Assembly (NCBI GenBank): GCA_964577455.1 | Contig: CAZNZG010000004.1 | Location: 1 to 42,840, forward strand | Length of the DNA stretch: 42,840 bases | Direction: 5' to 3' | DNA from: an uncultured Gemmatimonas sp. | Lineage (GTDB): Bacteria > Gemmatimonadota > Gemmatimonadetes > Gemmatimonadales > Gemmatimonadaceae | Shown here: positions 1-9,209 of the stretch, piece by piece | Layout: the number at the start of each line of letters is the position of its first letter | Position numbering within the stretch: position 1 is the first letter of the stretch | Notes under the pieces: generated by a model | Seen by the model: the letters and a program-made list of their open reading frames with translations, nothing else | The model's database searches: none | Told to the model about the DNA's origin: nothing | Position numbers and translations under genes: made by a program

Positions 1-42
1 CGCGAATGGCGCGGCGCGAATGGCGCGGCGCGAATGGCGCGG
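1..42. repeat. Tandem repeat, 3 x 14 bp (CGCGAATGGCGCGG), possibly continuing beyond the window edge
   Basis: Three exact copies at 1-14, 15-28 and 29-42. Confidence 0.95.
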
Positions 43-132
43 GAACCCGCAGATTTGCTTGAGATATCCCGCGGCATCTCGGCGCGGCGACGTATAGATT
101 GTCCTCCGTACTCTTACGGAGATTCAAGGTCC

Positions 133-705
133 ATGCGCTCATATCTCGCCGCCGCCCTCGTGGCCACCACTGCGCTGCTCGCCTGCGCCCGCGCGCAGCA
201 GGAAGCCGCCGTGGCCACCGCCACACCGGTCGCGGCACCCGCTGGCACCGCGCCCGCCGCTCCCACGCCGCGTCGCCAGCCGGTGAGCCCCATGAAGCTC
301 GACACCGTGCGCAAGGAGGCCATCGCGACCCTCATGGCCACACTCAAGGGGCGCGAGAACGAGCCCGCCGGCGTCGTCTTCAAGAACGTGAAGCTGCACA
401 AGGACATGCCGGTGAAGGAGTTCCTCACCATGATGGACGAGCAGTACGGGCGCGGCCTCAGCTTCGCGTGCACCAACTGCCACATGGACAACGGCGATTA
501 CGCCAGCGATGAGCGCAAGAACAAGGTCATTGCGCGCCAGATGGAACGCATGCAGCGGGACATCGACAGCAAGTACATCGCGAAGGTCAAGCAACTCGAC
601 GATCCGCGCCCCAAGACCACCTGCGTGATGTGCCACCGCGGTACGACCCACATGCCCAACACCATGGATGTGCCCGCTGCACCGGTCCCCCAGCGCAAAC
701 GCTGA
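133..705 (+). CDS. Diheme c-type cytochrome lipoprotein, resembling the N-terminal half of the reaction-centre cytochrome c (PufC/CytoC_RC) family
   Basis: Two CxxCH motifs (CTNCH, CVMCH); FKNVK..L and KVIARQM..M segments; lipobox LLAC; start moved to ATG 133, which begins the signal peptide. Confidence 0.85.
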   Translation: MRSYLAAALVATTALLACARAQQEAAVATATPVAAPAGTAPAAPTPRRQPVSPMKLDTVRKEAIATLMATLKGRENEPAGVVFKNVKLHKDMPVKEFLTMMDEQYGRGLSFACTNCHMDNGDYASDERKNKVIARQMERMQRDIDSKYIAKVKQLDDPRPKTTCVMCHRGTTHMPNTMDVPAAPVPQRKR

Positions 706-709
706 GCGA

Positions 710-1243
710 TCAGTCGAGCCGCAAGCGCATCACACAGTCACGCTGCACATCGGAGCCCAGACGAAATGTCTGGGCTCCGACCGTTTCGTAGCCAAGCTTC
801 TCGTAAAAGCGGATGGCTCGGGAATTGCGCTCCCACACCCCCAGCCAGAGCACATCGGCCCCCAGTCCGCGCAAGTGCGTCATGAGCGCCTCCATCAACG
901 AGGCGGCGACTCCCTGCCCCTGCCAGCGCTGCCCCACATAGAACCGCTCCAGATACACCGGATGACCGGCGGGCACATCGTCGTTGGCTGCATGGTCCAC
1001 GAACGACGCGTAGCCGGCCAGTTCCTGCCCCATGTACGCCAGCAGACAGAGCCGGCGCGGATCGGAGAGCTCTGCCGCCTGCTGCTCCGTCGAGAACGCC
1101 TCGCGCAGATACGCGGCCATGTCGGCGGGGTCGTTGTCGGCCGCGAACGTGTCGTGGAAGGTGGTGCGCGCAAACACACTCAGCATTTCCGCATCATCGA
1201 TGCACGCAACACGAATCATGGGAGGAACGTGGGGTACGACCAT
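710..1243 (-). CDS. GNAT family N-acetyltransferase (PaiA-like)
   Basis: LERFYV..WQGQGVA acetyl-CoA motif, WLGVWERN.RAIRFYEKLG; start 1243 preceded by TATATT-N5. Confidence 0.9.
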   Translation of the reverse strand: MVVPHVPPMIRVACIDDAEMLSVFARTTFHDTFAADNDPADMAAYLREAFSTEQQAAELSDPRRLCLLAYMGQELAGYASFVDHAANDDVPAGHPVYLERFYVGQRWQGQGVAASLMEALMTHLRGLGADVLWLGVWERNSRAIRFYEKLGYETVGAQTFRLGSDVQRDCVMRLRLD

Positions 1244-1378
1244 GGCGGAATATACGACGCGGGGACTTGGTGAAAAACTCATCATGCAACGAGTTGGGGT
1301 GATCCGTTCGCCTCCCGATCCGCTCCGCCCTATTTTGACGGCATTACCGGGAAACCTCTGATCGCCTCTTCCCACTCA

Positions 1379-3901
1379 ATGACTGACATCCTCGAGACGC
1401 TGCAAACGCGTCTCACCGGCACGTATCGCGTGGAGCGTGAACTCGGACGCGGTGGCATGGCCACCGTGTACTACGCGCATGACCTCGTGAACGACCGCGA
1501 GGTGGCGATCAAGGTGCTCAATCCGGAACTCTCGGCCACCATTGGTGCCGATCGGTTCAGTCGCGAGATCACGCTCGCCTCCCGGCTCAACCATCCTCAC
1601 ATTCTCGGCTTCTACGAGTCGGGACAGACCGACGGGCTGCTCTACTATGTGATGCCCTTCGTGCGGGGCGAATCACTGCGCGACAAGATCGATCGCGAGG
1701 GGCAGCTGTCCGTCGGCGAAGCGGTCCGCATCATCAAGGACGTGGCGAGCGCGCTGGGGCATGCACACGAGCAGAACGTCGTGCACCGCGACGTGAAGCC
1801 GGAGAACATCCTGCTGCTCGAGGACGGCCATGCCCTCGTGGCCGACTTCGGGATCGCGCGTGCCGCCACCGAAGGCGACGCGCAGAAGCTCACGCAGACG
1901 GGCATGGCGATCGGCACGCCCGTCTACATGAGCCCGGAGCAATCCACCGGCGAAAAGGTCGGCCCCGCCGCCGACATCTACAGCCTCGGCTGTGTGCTGT
2001 ACGAAATGCTCTCGGGCGAACCGCCGTTCACCGGCAAGAACGCCATGGCGATCATGGCGCGACACGCCATGGAAACGGTGCCCGCAATCCGCATCGTGCG
2101 CTCGTCGGTCCCCGAAGAGGTCGAGGAGGCGATCTTCGCGGCATTGGAGAAGTCGCCGGTCGATCGCCCCAGGACGTGCGCCGAGTTCGTGGACATTCTC
2201 GGCACGCCCATGGGGGAGACGGCCATGCGCCGCGTGACGCGCATGACCACCACACGCCGCATTCCCACGCCCGTGCCACTGCCACCACCCACCCCATGGT
2301 ACAGGAAACCGGGGATGCTGGTGGGGGCACTGCTGCTCGCGGCGGGTGGGGGCTTCGCGGCGTACACGTTCAGCACCAGTGCCGGTCCCACGCAGCTTGG
2401 CGCCGAGGCGCGCAGCATCGCGGTCCTCTATTTCGACAATGACACGAAAGACCCCGAGCTGGGCTATCTCGCCGACGGTATCACCGAGTCGGTGATTTCG
2501 TCCCTCAGCGGGATCGAGGGGCTCGATGTGGTCTCACGTGGCGGCGCCGAGCAGTTCCGTGGCACCACCGCTCCCACCGACAGCATCGCGACCGCGCTCG
2601 AGGTGGGGGTGCTGGTCCGCGGTAACCTCGAGAAGGACGGCGACAAGGTGCGCGTGAACGTACGGCTCGTTGATCGCAGCGATGCCGAACTGGGTCGTGG
2701 CAAGGTGGGGCCCTTCACCGCCACGTCACTCGCGCTGCGCGACTCCGTGTCGGCACAGGTGGCGGAGCTCATTCGTGAGCGGCTTGGCGCGCAGATCCGC
2801 GTGCGCGAGCAGCGTGACGCCACGCGCAACGAAGAGGCGTGGCTGCTGTTGCAGCGTGCCGAGGCGGGGCGCAAGCGCTACGAACTGGCGTACATGGGCG
2901 GAGATGCAGAGAAGGCGGCGCAGGAACTGCGCTCGCTCGATTCGCTCGCGATCGCCGCGGCGGCGCTCGACCCCAAGTGGCCTGCCCCGCTCAACCTGCG
3001 TGCAACCACGGCGTATTTCATTGCACGTCGACACGCGGATTTCGACACCCGCCGCACCGCCGTGGACTCGGGGCTCGCCTGGGCCAACGTGTCGCTCCAG
3101 CGCAGCGTCGACAATCCGGACGGTCTCGAGATGCGGGGCAGTCTCACCTATCTGCGGGCGATCGGATTCGAGACCGATGCGCAGAAGATTTCGGCGGGCA
3201 TCGAGGCCGGACGGCAGGATCTGGAGAAGGCGACCAAGATCAACCCCACACAAGCCGGAGCGTGGGCCACCTTGTCGCATCTGTACACCAAGCTGCCGGG
3301 CATGAGCTCGGACGTGATCAACGCCGCCGACAAGGCGCTGAGCGCCGACGCCTTTCTCGCGAATGCCCCGGTGGTATACGATCGCCTCTTCCTCACGGCG
3401 TACGATCAGGAAGCATTCGATCTCAAGGCGGGACCGTATTGCGAGCGCATGGTCAAGCGGCTCAAAGGGTCGGCGAATGCCTACCGCTGCCAGCTGATGA
3501 TGATGACCACCCCGAAGCCCAAGAACCTCGATGTGAAGCGGGCGTGGGCCCTTGCCGACAGTGCGGTGGCCGCGTCTCCCAAGCCCACGCAGGATGTGCA
3601 GCGGCTCATCAACAACATGTACGTGGCCGCGGTACTCGTACGTGCCGGGCTCAAGGATAGCGCCCGCGCCGTAGCCGACCGGTCACGTGGAGATGGGCAA
3701 ACCGACCCCAAGCGTGAGGCGATGCTGCGCGGCGCCTACGTGTACACACTGCTCGGCGATACACCGGCCGCGGTCGCCGCGATGAAGACGTACCTCGCCG
3801 TGAATGACGACCGCCGTGAATCGTTCCGCGGCGATCCGGGATGGTGGTTCCGTTCCATTCAGAACGATCCCGCGTGGAAGGCCGCAACCGGTTCTCCGTA
3901 A
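1379..3901 (+). CDS. Transmembrane Hanks-type Ser/Thr protein kinase with extracytoplasmic TolB/FlgO-like and TPR-like domains
   Basis: Intact GRGGMATV, VAIK, HRDVKPEN, DFG, SPE and DIYSLG motifs; TM helix MLVGALLLAAGGGFAAYTF; SIAVLYF..LADGITE segment; helical repeat C-terminus. Confidence 0.92.
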   Translation: MTDILETLQTRLTGTYRVERELGRGGMATVYYAHDLVNDREVAIKVLNPELSATIGADRFSREITLASRLNHPHILGFYESGQTDGLLYYVMPFVRGESLRDKIDREGQLSVGEAVRIIKDVASALGHAHEQNVVHRDVKPENILLLEDGHALVADFGIARAATEGDAQKLTQTGMAIGTPVYMSPEQSTGEKVGPAADIYSLGCVLYEMLSGEPPFTGKNAMAIMARHAMETVPAIRIVRSSVPEEVEEAIFAALEKSPVDRPRTCAEFVDILGTPMGETAMRRVTRMTTTRRIPTPVPLPPPTPWYRKPGMLVGALLLAAGGGFAAYTFSTSAGPTQLGAEARSIAVLYFDNDTKDPELGYLADGITESVISSLSGIEGLDVVSRGGAEQFRGTTAPTDSIATALEVGVLVRGNLEKDGDKVRVNVRLVDRSDAELGRGKVGPFTATSLALRDSVSAQVAELIRERLGAQIRVREQRDATRNEEAWLLLQRAEAGRKRYELAYMGGDAEKAAQELRSLDSLAIAAAALDPKWPAPLNLRATTAYFIARRHADFDTRRTAVDSGLAWANVSLQRSVDNPDGLEMRGSLTYLRAIGFETDAQKISAGIEAGRQDLEKATKINPTQAGAWATLSHLYTKLPGMSSDVINAADKALSADAFLANAPVVYDRLFLTAYDQEAFDLKAGPYCERMVKRLKGSANAYRCQLMMMTTPKPKNLDVKRAWALADSAVAASPKPTQDVQRLINNMYVAAVLVRAGLKDSARAVADRSRGDGQTDPKREAMLRGAYVYTLLGDTPAAVAAMKTYLAVNDDRRESFRGDPGWWFRSIQNDPAWKAATGSP

Positions 3902-4066
3902 CGGCCACGAAACGTGACGGCCGAGTCCGCCTGAAGAATGAGATTTCATTAACTAGGTATTCGAAGTTGTGACGGCAAAGATTGTGGCACTCAGTACGTC
4001 CCGTCACGACAATGGCCGACTTACCCGTCGGCGCCGCACGGGACGATCCAATTCAGAGGTCCCAGT

Positions 4067-6454
4067 ATGCGCAGAATCGCAATGTTGTGCAGCCTCGCCG
4101 CGCTCGCGCTGGCGGGCGCCTGCAGTGAAGACCGTACGTCATCCGCCACCGAGCCCGCGGCACTGCAGCCGCGCGCGAGCCTCGAGATCGTGCCGGTGTG
4201 CGTCTCGGCGGGCGCCATCACCGCGCTGATCAACGACGCGTTTACCAACGGCTCCCCCGACGAGAACTCCGCGCTCGGCAAGTGGGACAACATCCAGAAG
4301 CAGTACGCGGCCTATCTCGCCGACCGAACGCCGTCGCGCCTGAATCTGGTGCAGGAGAAGACGCTCGACCTCGTGGACTTCATGCTCGACAAGAAGAACG
4401 AGGGCAAGCTGCTCTACGGCGCCGATCAGGCGTCGCTGGACGCGTTCAGGAATCTCATCAACGCTCTGTTCTGCTTTGCGGAGCTCCAGAATCTGTACTT
4501 CTATCCGGGCGGGAACGCCTGGCTGGTGTATCCGTCGGATCTCGAACAGTCGCTGGTCGGCGACAACCAGCAGGTGGCGCTGCACTTGCCTGCCAACGCG
4601 GTGAAGAGCCCCAGCCTGATTGCGATCACGCGGAGCAGCGCGGATCTCGTGACCAAGTTCGACCAGTACGGCCAGACGTACGAGTTCTCGAAGTATCCGA
4701 TCGAAGATTTCGACAAGCCCGTCGTGCCCGAGATCTGCACCACGGTCGAAACACAGCAGCTCTTCGATGAGCTGGTGCTGGGACACACGAAGGCCGATGG
4801 GACATTCGAACTGCTGCCCCGGCAGCCGTCGCGACTGAGCTGCACGCAGCCGCCGGCCACCGGCACGGCGAGCCTCGGTGACCGCCTGCTGTCGATGTTG
4901 CTGCCCCGGAAGCTGTACGCAGCCGTGATGTTCGGCGGCGGTGGGGTGGCCGGCTCGCTGATCGAACTGAGCCCCGTGCGCCCGGTCGATCCGCGCGTGT
5001 TCGTCGAGAAGGTCAACCCGGCCACGTCGGCCCCGATCGGGACCCTGGTCGATCCTGCACCGACGGTTCGCCTGCGCACCCGCAACAACACGCCGTTCGA
5101 CGGTGTGCGCGTGGATTTCACAACGCTCGGCGGCACATACGGCGCCGGTGGCACGCTGGCATCGTCCGGTAGCGTGACCACGGATGCCGACGGTCTGGCC
5201 TCGGTCGCATGGCGCGTGGGCACCACGGCTGATGCACTCTACGGGCTCAGCGCCACACCGCAGGCCGTGGCAGACGCCAACGTGACCACGACCACCAATG
5301 CCGTACCGGGCACGGAATTCGTGGATCCGGTGACCACGTTCGAGGTCCTCGCCAAGGGACCGGCCGGACTCGCCTTCACCACGTCGCCTGAGGGCAAGAC
5401 GTACACGGCTGGTACCACGCTCGACCCGCTGACGGTGCGTGTCGTGGATGACGAAGGGCGCACGGTGGTCGGCTATGCTGGCTCCATTGCGGTGTCGGCC
5501 ACGCCGGGACCGATCGTGTCGACGACGACGCTGATTACCACCACCAATGGTGTAGCGCTCTTCAACGCGCTGGTTATCAACAGGTCGGGGAATCACACGC
5601 TCACCGCAACCGCAGCACCGGGCGGATTCACCCGAACGACGGGATCGTTCTCGATTGCGAAGGACGTGCCCCGGATCTCCATCGCCGGCGGCAACAACCA
5701 GACGGCCACGGCACCCGCCACGCTGAACGGGCTGCAGGTCCTCGTCGAAGATCGTTTCGGCAACAAGTACGAGGGTACCACGGTGTTCTGGCGCACGTTC
5801 GATGGCAGCACACCGGGACAGGCCACCACCACTACCGTAACTGGCGGCGCCGCTGCCGGTACATCCGCGAACAGCTGGACGATCCGTGAAGGCGTCAACC
5901 AGCTCTACGCGAGTCTCGATAGCGACGGACTCACGGGCAACCGGTTCGTGATGTTCTCCGCTACCGGAACGGTTCCGCGGCGGACCGAGTCGGTGCTCAC
6001 CTGCGGTGTCGGCAACAGTCGCGTGGGCATCACCGATCACTATGTGCGCATGGCATCACCGGCGCGCGTGGACAAGATCACCATGTACTTCTCGGTGCAG
6101 GGAGACGCGAGCGAGCCGACCTTCTTCCCGCTGGTGATGATCCTCGAGGAGCAGCGGCGCATCAACGGGCAGTGGGAAACCACCCCCCGTGAGATCGGTC
6201 GCGCCACGCGGACCGTACCGCTTCGCGGCAACACCGCGCAGAACGACGGGAGCGGGACCTTCGACTTCGGGGCGGGCGTATCGCCGGCTTCCGGCAGCCG
6301 TCTCATCATCAAGGTGCGCAAGGGAACACCCGAGGTGCCGGGAACACTGCGCTTCAATGCCGGCACGGGCAGCGGTTGTGACGCGAGCACGTTCCGCAAC
6401 GACAACTCACTCTTCCGCACGAGTGCGGCGATCGTGGTGCAAGGCACACGCTGA
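4067..6454 (+). CDS. Large surface lipoprotein with a ZU5-like region and several bacterial Ig-like domains
   Basis: Lipobox LAGAC; TTDADGLASVAW, VRVVDDEG, GGNNQTA and VLVEDRFGN Ig/Big-type motifs; Thr/Gly-rich; possible SD AGAGGT. Confidence 0.75.
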   Translation: MRRIAMLCSLAALALAGACSEDRTSSATEPAALQPRASLEIVPVCVSAGAITALINDAFTNGSPDENSALGKWDNIQKQYAAYLADRTPSRLNLVQEKTLDLVDFMLDKKNEGKLLYGADQASLDAFRNLINALFCFAELQNLYFYPGGNAWLVYPSDLEQSLVGDNQQVALHLPANAVKSPSLIAITRSSADLVTKFDQYGQTYEFSKYPIEDFDKPVVPEICTTVETQQLFDELVLGHTKADGTFELLPRQPSRLSCTQPPATGTASLGDRLLSMLLPRKLYAAVMFGGGGVAGSLIELSPVRPVDPRVFVEKVNPATSAPIGTLVDPAPTVRLRTRNNTPFDGVRVDFTTLGGTYGAGGTLASSGSVTTDADGLASVAWRVGTTADALYGLSATPQAVADANVTTTTNAVPGTEFVDPVTTFEVLAKGPAGLAFTTSPEGKTYTAGTTLDPLTVRVVDDEGRTVVGYAGSIAVSATPGPIVSTTTLITTTNGVALFNALVINRSGNHTLTATAAPGGFTRTTGSFSIAKDVPRISIAGGNNQTATAPATLNGLQVLVEDRFGNKYEGTTVFWRTFDGSTPGQATTTTVTGGAAAGTSANSWTIREGVNQLYASLDSDGLTGNRFVMFSATGTVPRRTESVLTCGVGNSRVGITDHYVRMASPARVDKITMYFSVQGDASEPTFFPLVMILEEQRRINGQWETTPREIGRATRTVPLRGNTAQNDGSGTFDFGAGVSPASGSRLIIKVRKGTPEVPGTLRFNAGTGSGCDASTFRNDNSLFRTSAAIVVQGTR

Positions 6455-6489
6455 TCTGACCGGGGGATCTCACCCCACACACGAAAACG

Positions 6490-6520
6490 CGAAGGGGGCA
6501 CCGATCGGGTGCCCCCTTCG
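6490..6520. terminator. Probable intrinsic terminator hairpin between convergent genes
   Basis: 13-bp perfect stem CGAAGGGGGCACC / GGTGCCCCCTTCG with a 5-nt loop; AAAA just to the left (U-tract for the minus strand). Confidence 0.8.
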
Positions 6521-6546
6521 TCGTTCCATGAGCCCATGACCGGGTA

Positions 6547-7578
6547 TCAGGACGTGCGCACGTCGACGTGGACCGCGCGCACCGCATTGTTGCCGTAGCC
6601 CAGCGAATTCCATGCGATCGTCTCGGGCTGCACCGTTCCCACCGCATCGGTTGCGCGGCTGCGCAGCGTGACCTGACCGATGGGCAGCGTGGTGCGCAGC
6701 ACGAACGGCGTCCACGCATATGCCGACATCGCCGTGCCAAGCTCCGCCTCGTACCACCGATCGTTGACGGCTACCTCCACGCGGGTAATGGCGCCGCTGC
6801 CGGACCATGCCCATCCGCGTATCTCGCTCACGGCGTGGCAGTGGCCCCCCGGTTCCGGCGACACGATCATGCTCTTCACCAGCGCCCGCGTGACCGGCAC
6901 CGTGCCGGCAGCGGTGTGGTACACGTAGCGCTGCTGCTGGAAGTACCCGAGGTACGGCGTGGTGCGGAGTTCGAGCCCCTGCACCCACTTCACGCTGGCC
7001 ATGCCGTACCATCCGGGCACGATCAGCCGTACGGGCGCCCCATGATCGGCTGTCAGCGGTGCACCGTCCATGTGGGTGCACAGCAGTGTATCGGGATGCA
7101 TCGCCACCTCGATGGGGAGCGCGCGTTCGAACCGCACGATGCCCTCGGCGTCGGCGCGCGGACCGGCGTCGGCACCGATCGCCAGGACCTCGATCACGTC
7201 GGACGACACGCCGGCCAGCGCCAGCACCCGTGCAAGCGATACCCCGCGCCAGCGCGTGGTGCTCACTGCGCCGAACTTCCACGGCTCCCCCTCGGGTACC
7301 GGCGACATGCCAAGGCGCCAGTTTCCGGCACACTCCATCGTGGCGACCACCTCGTGCTGCGGCAGTGCCACGAGCTCTGCCATCGTCAGCGCCATGGCGC
7401 GCTCCACCACCCCCGTCACCTGCACGCACCACGATGCATGAGCGACCGGCGTGTCGAAGTTGCTGCGCACGTACACGCTGTCTGCCGGCGTGATGGCATG
7501 CTGCAGCACCAGGACCGGTGTTTCGGCGCACAGCGGGTGCGGGCGGACGATATCGAGTGGAGCCACGGGGACGGTCAC
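6547..7578 (-). CDS. Sulfite oxidase family molybdopterin oxidoreductase (catalytic plus dimerisation domains)
   Basis: YVRSNF, MECAGN (Mo-ligating Cys), HGAPVRLIVPGWYGMASVKW, WNSLGYGNN; GTG start 7578 inferred. Confidence 0.88.
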   Translation of the reverse strand: MTVPVAPLDIVRPHPLCAETPVLVLQHAITPADSVYVRSNFDTPVAHASWCVQVTGVVERAMALTMAELVALPQHEVVATMECAGNWRLGMSPVPEGEPWKFGAVSTTRWRGVSLARVLALAGVSSDVIEVLAIGADAGPRADAEGIVRFERALPIEVAMHPDTLLCTHMDGAPLTADHGAPVRLIVPGWYGMASVKWVQGLELRTTPYLGYFQQQRYVYHTAAGTVPVTRALVKSMIVSPEPGGHCHAVSEIRGWAWSGSGAITRVEVAVNDRWYEAELGTAMSAYAWTPFVLRTTLPIGQVTLRSRATDAVGTVQPETIAWNSLGYGNNAVRAVHVDVRTS

Positions 7579-7598
7579 TGGTGTCGGCGTACGACCGG

Positions 7599-8792
7599 CT
7601 AACGATGAGTGTCGGGACGGACGAACGCCGAGGGAATGGCGTCCCACGGCGCGGCGCTGCGAGCCTTGGCGTACCCGATCGAGTCGAGGCGCTGCATGAA
7701 CGCCCGCTCGAAGAGGGCGTTCGCCCCGGGGGCGACCGATTCGTCGTCCGGGATGGCGGCGACCTGCAGCTGTATACGCAGACCGGGCACACCGACGCTG
7801 ACAGCGCGCGCCAGATTCCCGAGGTTCGCCAAGGTGGCCGGCTGGTGCAGATAGAAGAGCAGCGAGGTGGAGCGGCTGCTCATCTGCTTGCGGCTCGACG
7901 GCGTCACGATACGCGGATCGGGGTGCGTCCAGAGGTTCATCACGACCCAGAGGCGTACCGTCACCTCGCCCAGTCCCCTGGCCTGCAACCGTTCGGCCAG
8001 CCGACGATAGTCGTCGTAGTCGAGCAGCTGCAGCACGTTCTCCACCGTGCCGCCGTCGGCATGGACATGACCATCCACGATCACCGGCGGGAAGATCGCC
8101 GGAATGGCCGTGGCCGCGCGCAGCAGGGTGCGTGCGCGCTGCAGGCCGGCCGCTGTGGTATCGAGTTCATCACCCAGCGACCATCGTTGCCCGATGCCGA
8201 GGTCGAAATCCGCCGTGGCGAACACGATGTGGCGATCCTCGGCAAAGGCGGCGCGCAGCTCCTGACGGAAGCGCCCGTCGATGGCGCGTTCGAGTGTCCG
8301 GTCGTAGCGCGAGGTGTTGACCAACCCCCCGCTGCGCCGGAGCCAGAACCACCAGTCGAAAGTGGGGGCGATCGTGGTCGCGGCGCGCGCGTACAGTGCA
8401 GTGATGGTATCGAGCGCCGCCGTTGTCCCCAGGAGGGCATACGGCGCCTGAAGCGCCCCGGTGCTGATCCCGGTCACGAGATCGAAGGTCGGCATCGGGT
8501 TGTCGGCGCGGGAACGCCATCCGCGGAGAAAGCCCGCACCGAACGCCCCGTTCTGGCCGCCGCCAGACAGCATCAACAGATCGAGCGTCCGATCGCCTCG
8601 AGCCATCGCACGACGAACGAGCCGCTCGATGACGGTGTCGCGCAGGGCGCGGTCTCGCGCCGCCAACACGGGCGCCCGTTGCTGCACGGTGGCCACCCCG
8701 GCCGACGGGCGGGTGATGGTCGCGCACCCCGACGCCCCCAGCATGGAAGCGAGGGCCACGATTGCCCCGCAATGCCTTCGCAATGATCGCAT
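7599..8792 (-). CDS. Patatin-like phospholipase, lipoprotein
   Basis: SGGGQNG, GISTG nucleophile elbow, DGG; lipobox ASGC; start 8792 preceded by TATATT-N6. Confidence 0.9.
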   Translation of the reverse strand: MRSLRRHCGAIVALASMLGASGCATITRPSAGVATVQQRAPVLAARDRALRDTVIERLVRRAMARGDRTLDLLMLSGGGQNGAFGAGFLRGWRSRADNPMPTFDLVTGISTGALQAPYALLGTTAALDTITALYARAATTIAPTFDWWFWLRRSGGLVNTSRYDRTLERAIDGRFRQELRAAFAEDRHIVFATADFDLGIGQRWSLGDELDTTAAGLQRARTLLRAATAIPAIFPPVIVDGHVHADGGTVENVLQLLDYDDYRRLAERLQARGLGEVTVRLWVVMNLWTHPDPRIVTPSSRKQMSSRSTSLLFYLHQPATLANLGNLARAVSVGVPGLRIQLQVAAIPDDESVAPGANALFERAFMQRLDSIGYAKARSAAPWDAIPSAFVRPDTHR

Positions 8793-8824
8793 GCGCCGAA
8801 TATACGGCCGGAAGCGCGCCGCCC

Positions 8825-9178
8825 TCAGACGGCGCGCTTCGCTTTCCGCTGTTTTGCCTTCCGCCCCACCTGCACGGCGATGCCCGCCCACTGCCGCAGC
8901 AGGTCGGCATCTTCGATCACATCGACCGGGACCTCGTAGTACTGCATCACCTCGCCGCCTTCCCCGAAGGGACGAAACGCGCGCATGCCGCGCGACTCGT
9001 ACGCCGCGCGCGTCTGCTCGTCCACCTTGAAGTACAGTACGTCGTTGCCGATGAGGGCGAAGAACGTGGTGCCCGCGTAGAAGCCCACGCCGCCGAACAT
9101 GTCGCGCGCACGGACGTCTGGGAGCGCGCGCTGCAGGCGCTCCAGCACGAAGGCGCGGTAGGTGGCCGTGACCGTCAT
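8825..9178 (-). CDS. TfoX/Sxy N-terminal domain protein
   Basis: RDMFGGVGFY..FFALI..DVLYFKVD, YYEVPVDVIED; SD GAGG before ATG 9178. Confidence 0.88.
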   Translation of the reverse strand: MTVTATYRAFVLERLQRALPDVRARDMFGGVGFYAGTTFFALIGNDVLYFKVDEQTRAAYESRGMRAFRPFGEGGEVMQYYEVPVDVIEDADLLRQWAGIAVQVGRKAKQRKAKRAV

Positions 9179-9209
9179 ACCAAAAACCTCGGGCGTAAAT
9201 CGCCCGTCG

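Noticed and set aside
1-42. CRISPR array
   Set aside because: Repeats are 14 bp and contiguous, with no spacers and no cas genes.
133-705. Evidence of phototrophy (pufC)
   Set aside because: Only two hemes, and no pufLM, bch or crt genes in the window.
4139-6040. 633-aa minus-strand ORF
   Set aside because: Antisense shadow of the Ig-like lipoprotein.
8825-9178. TfoX as a competence regulator linked to the pilus
   Set aside because: Only the stand-alone N-terminal domain is present, which is widespread, and it lies about 7 kb from the tad locus.
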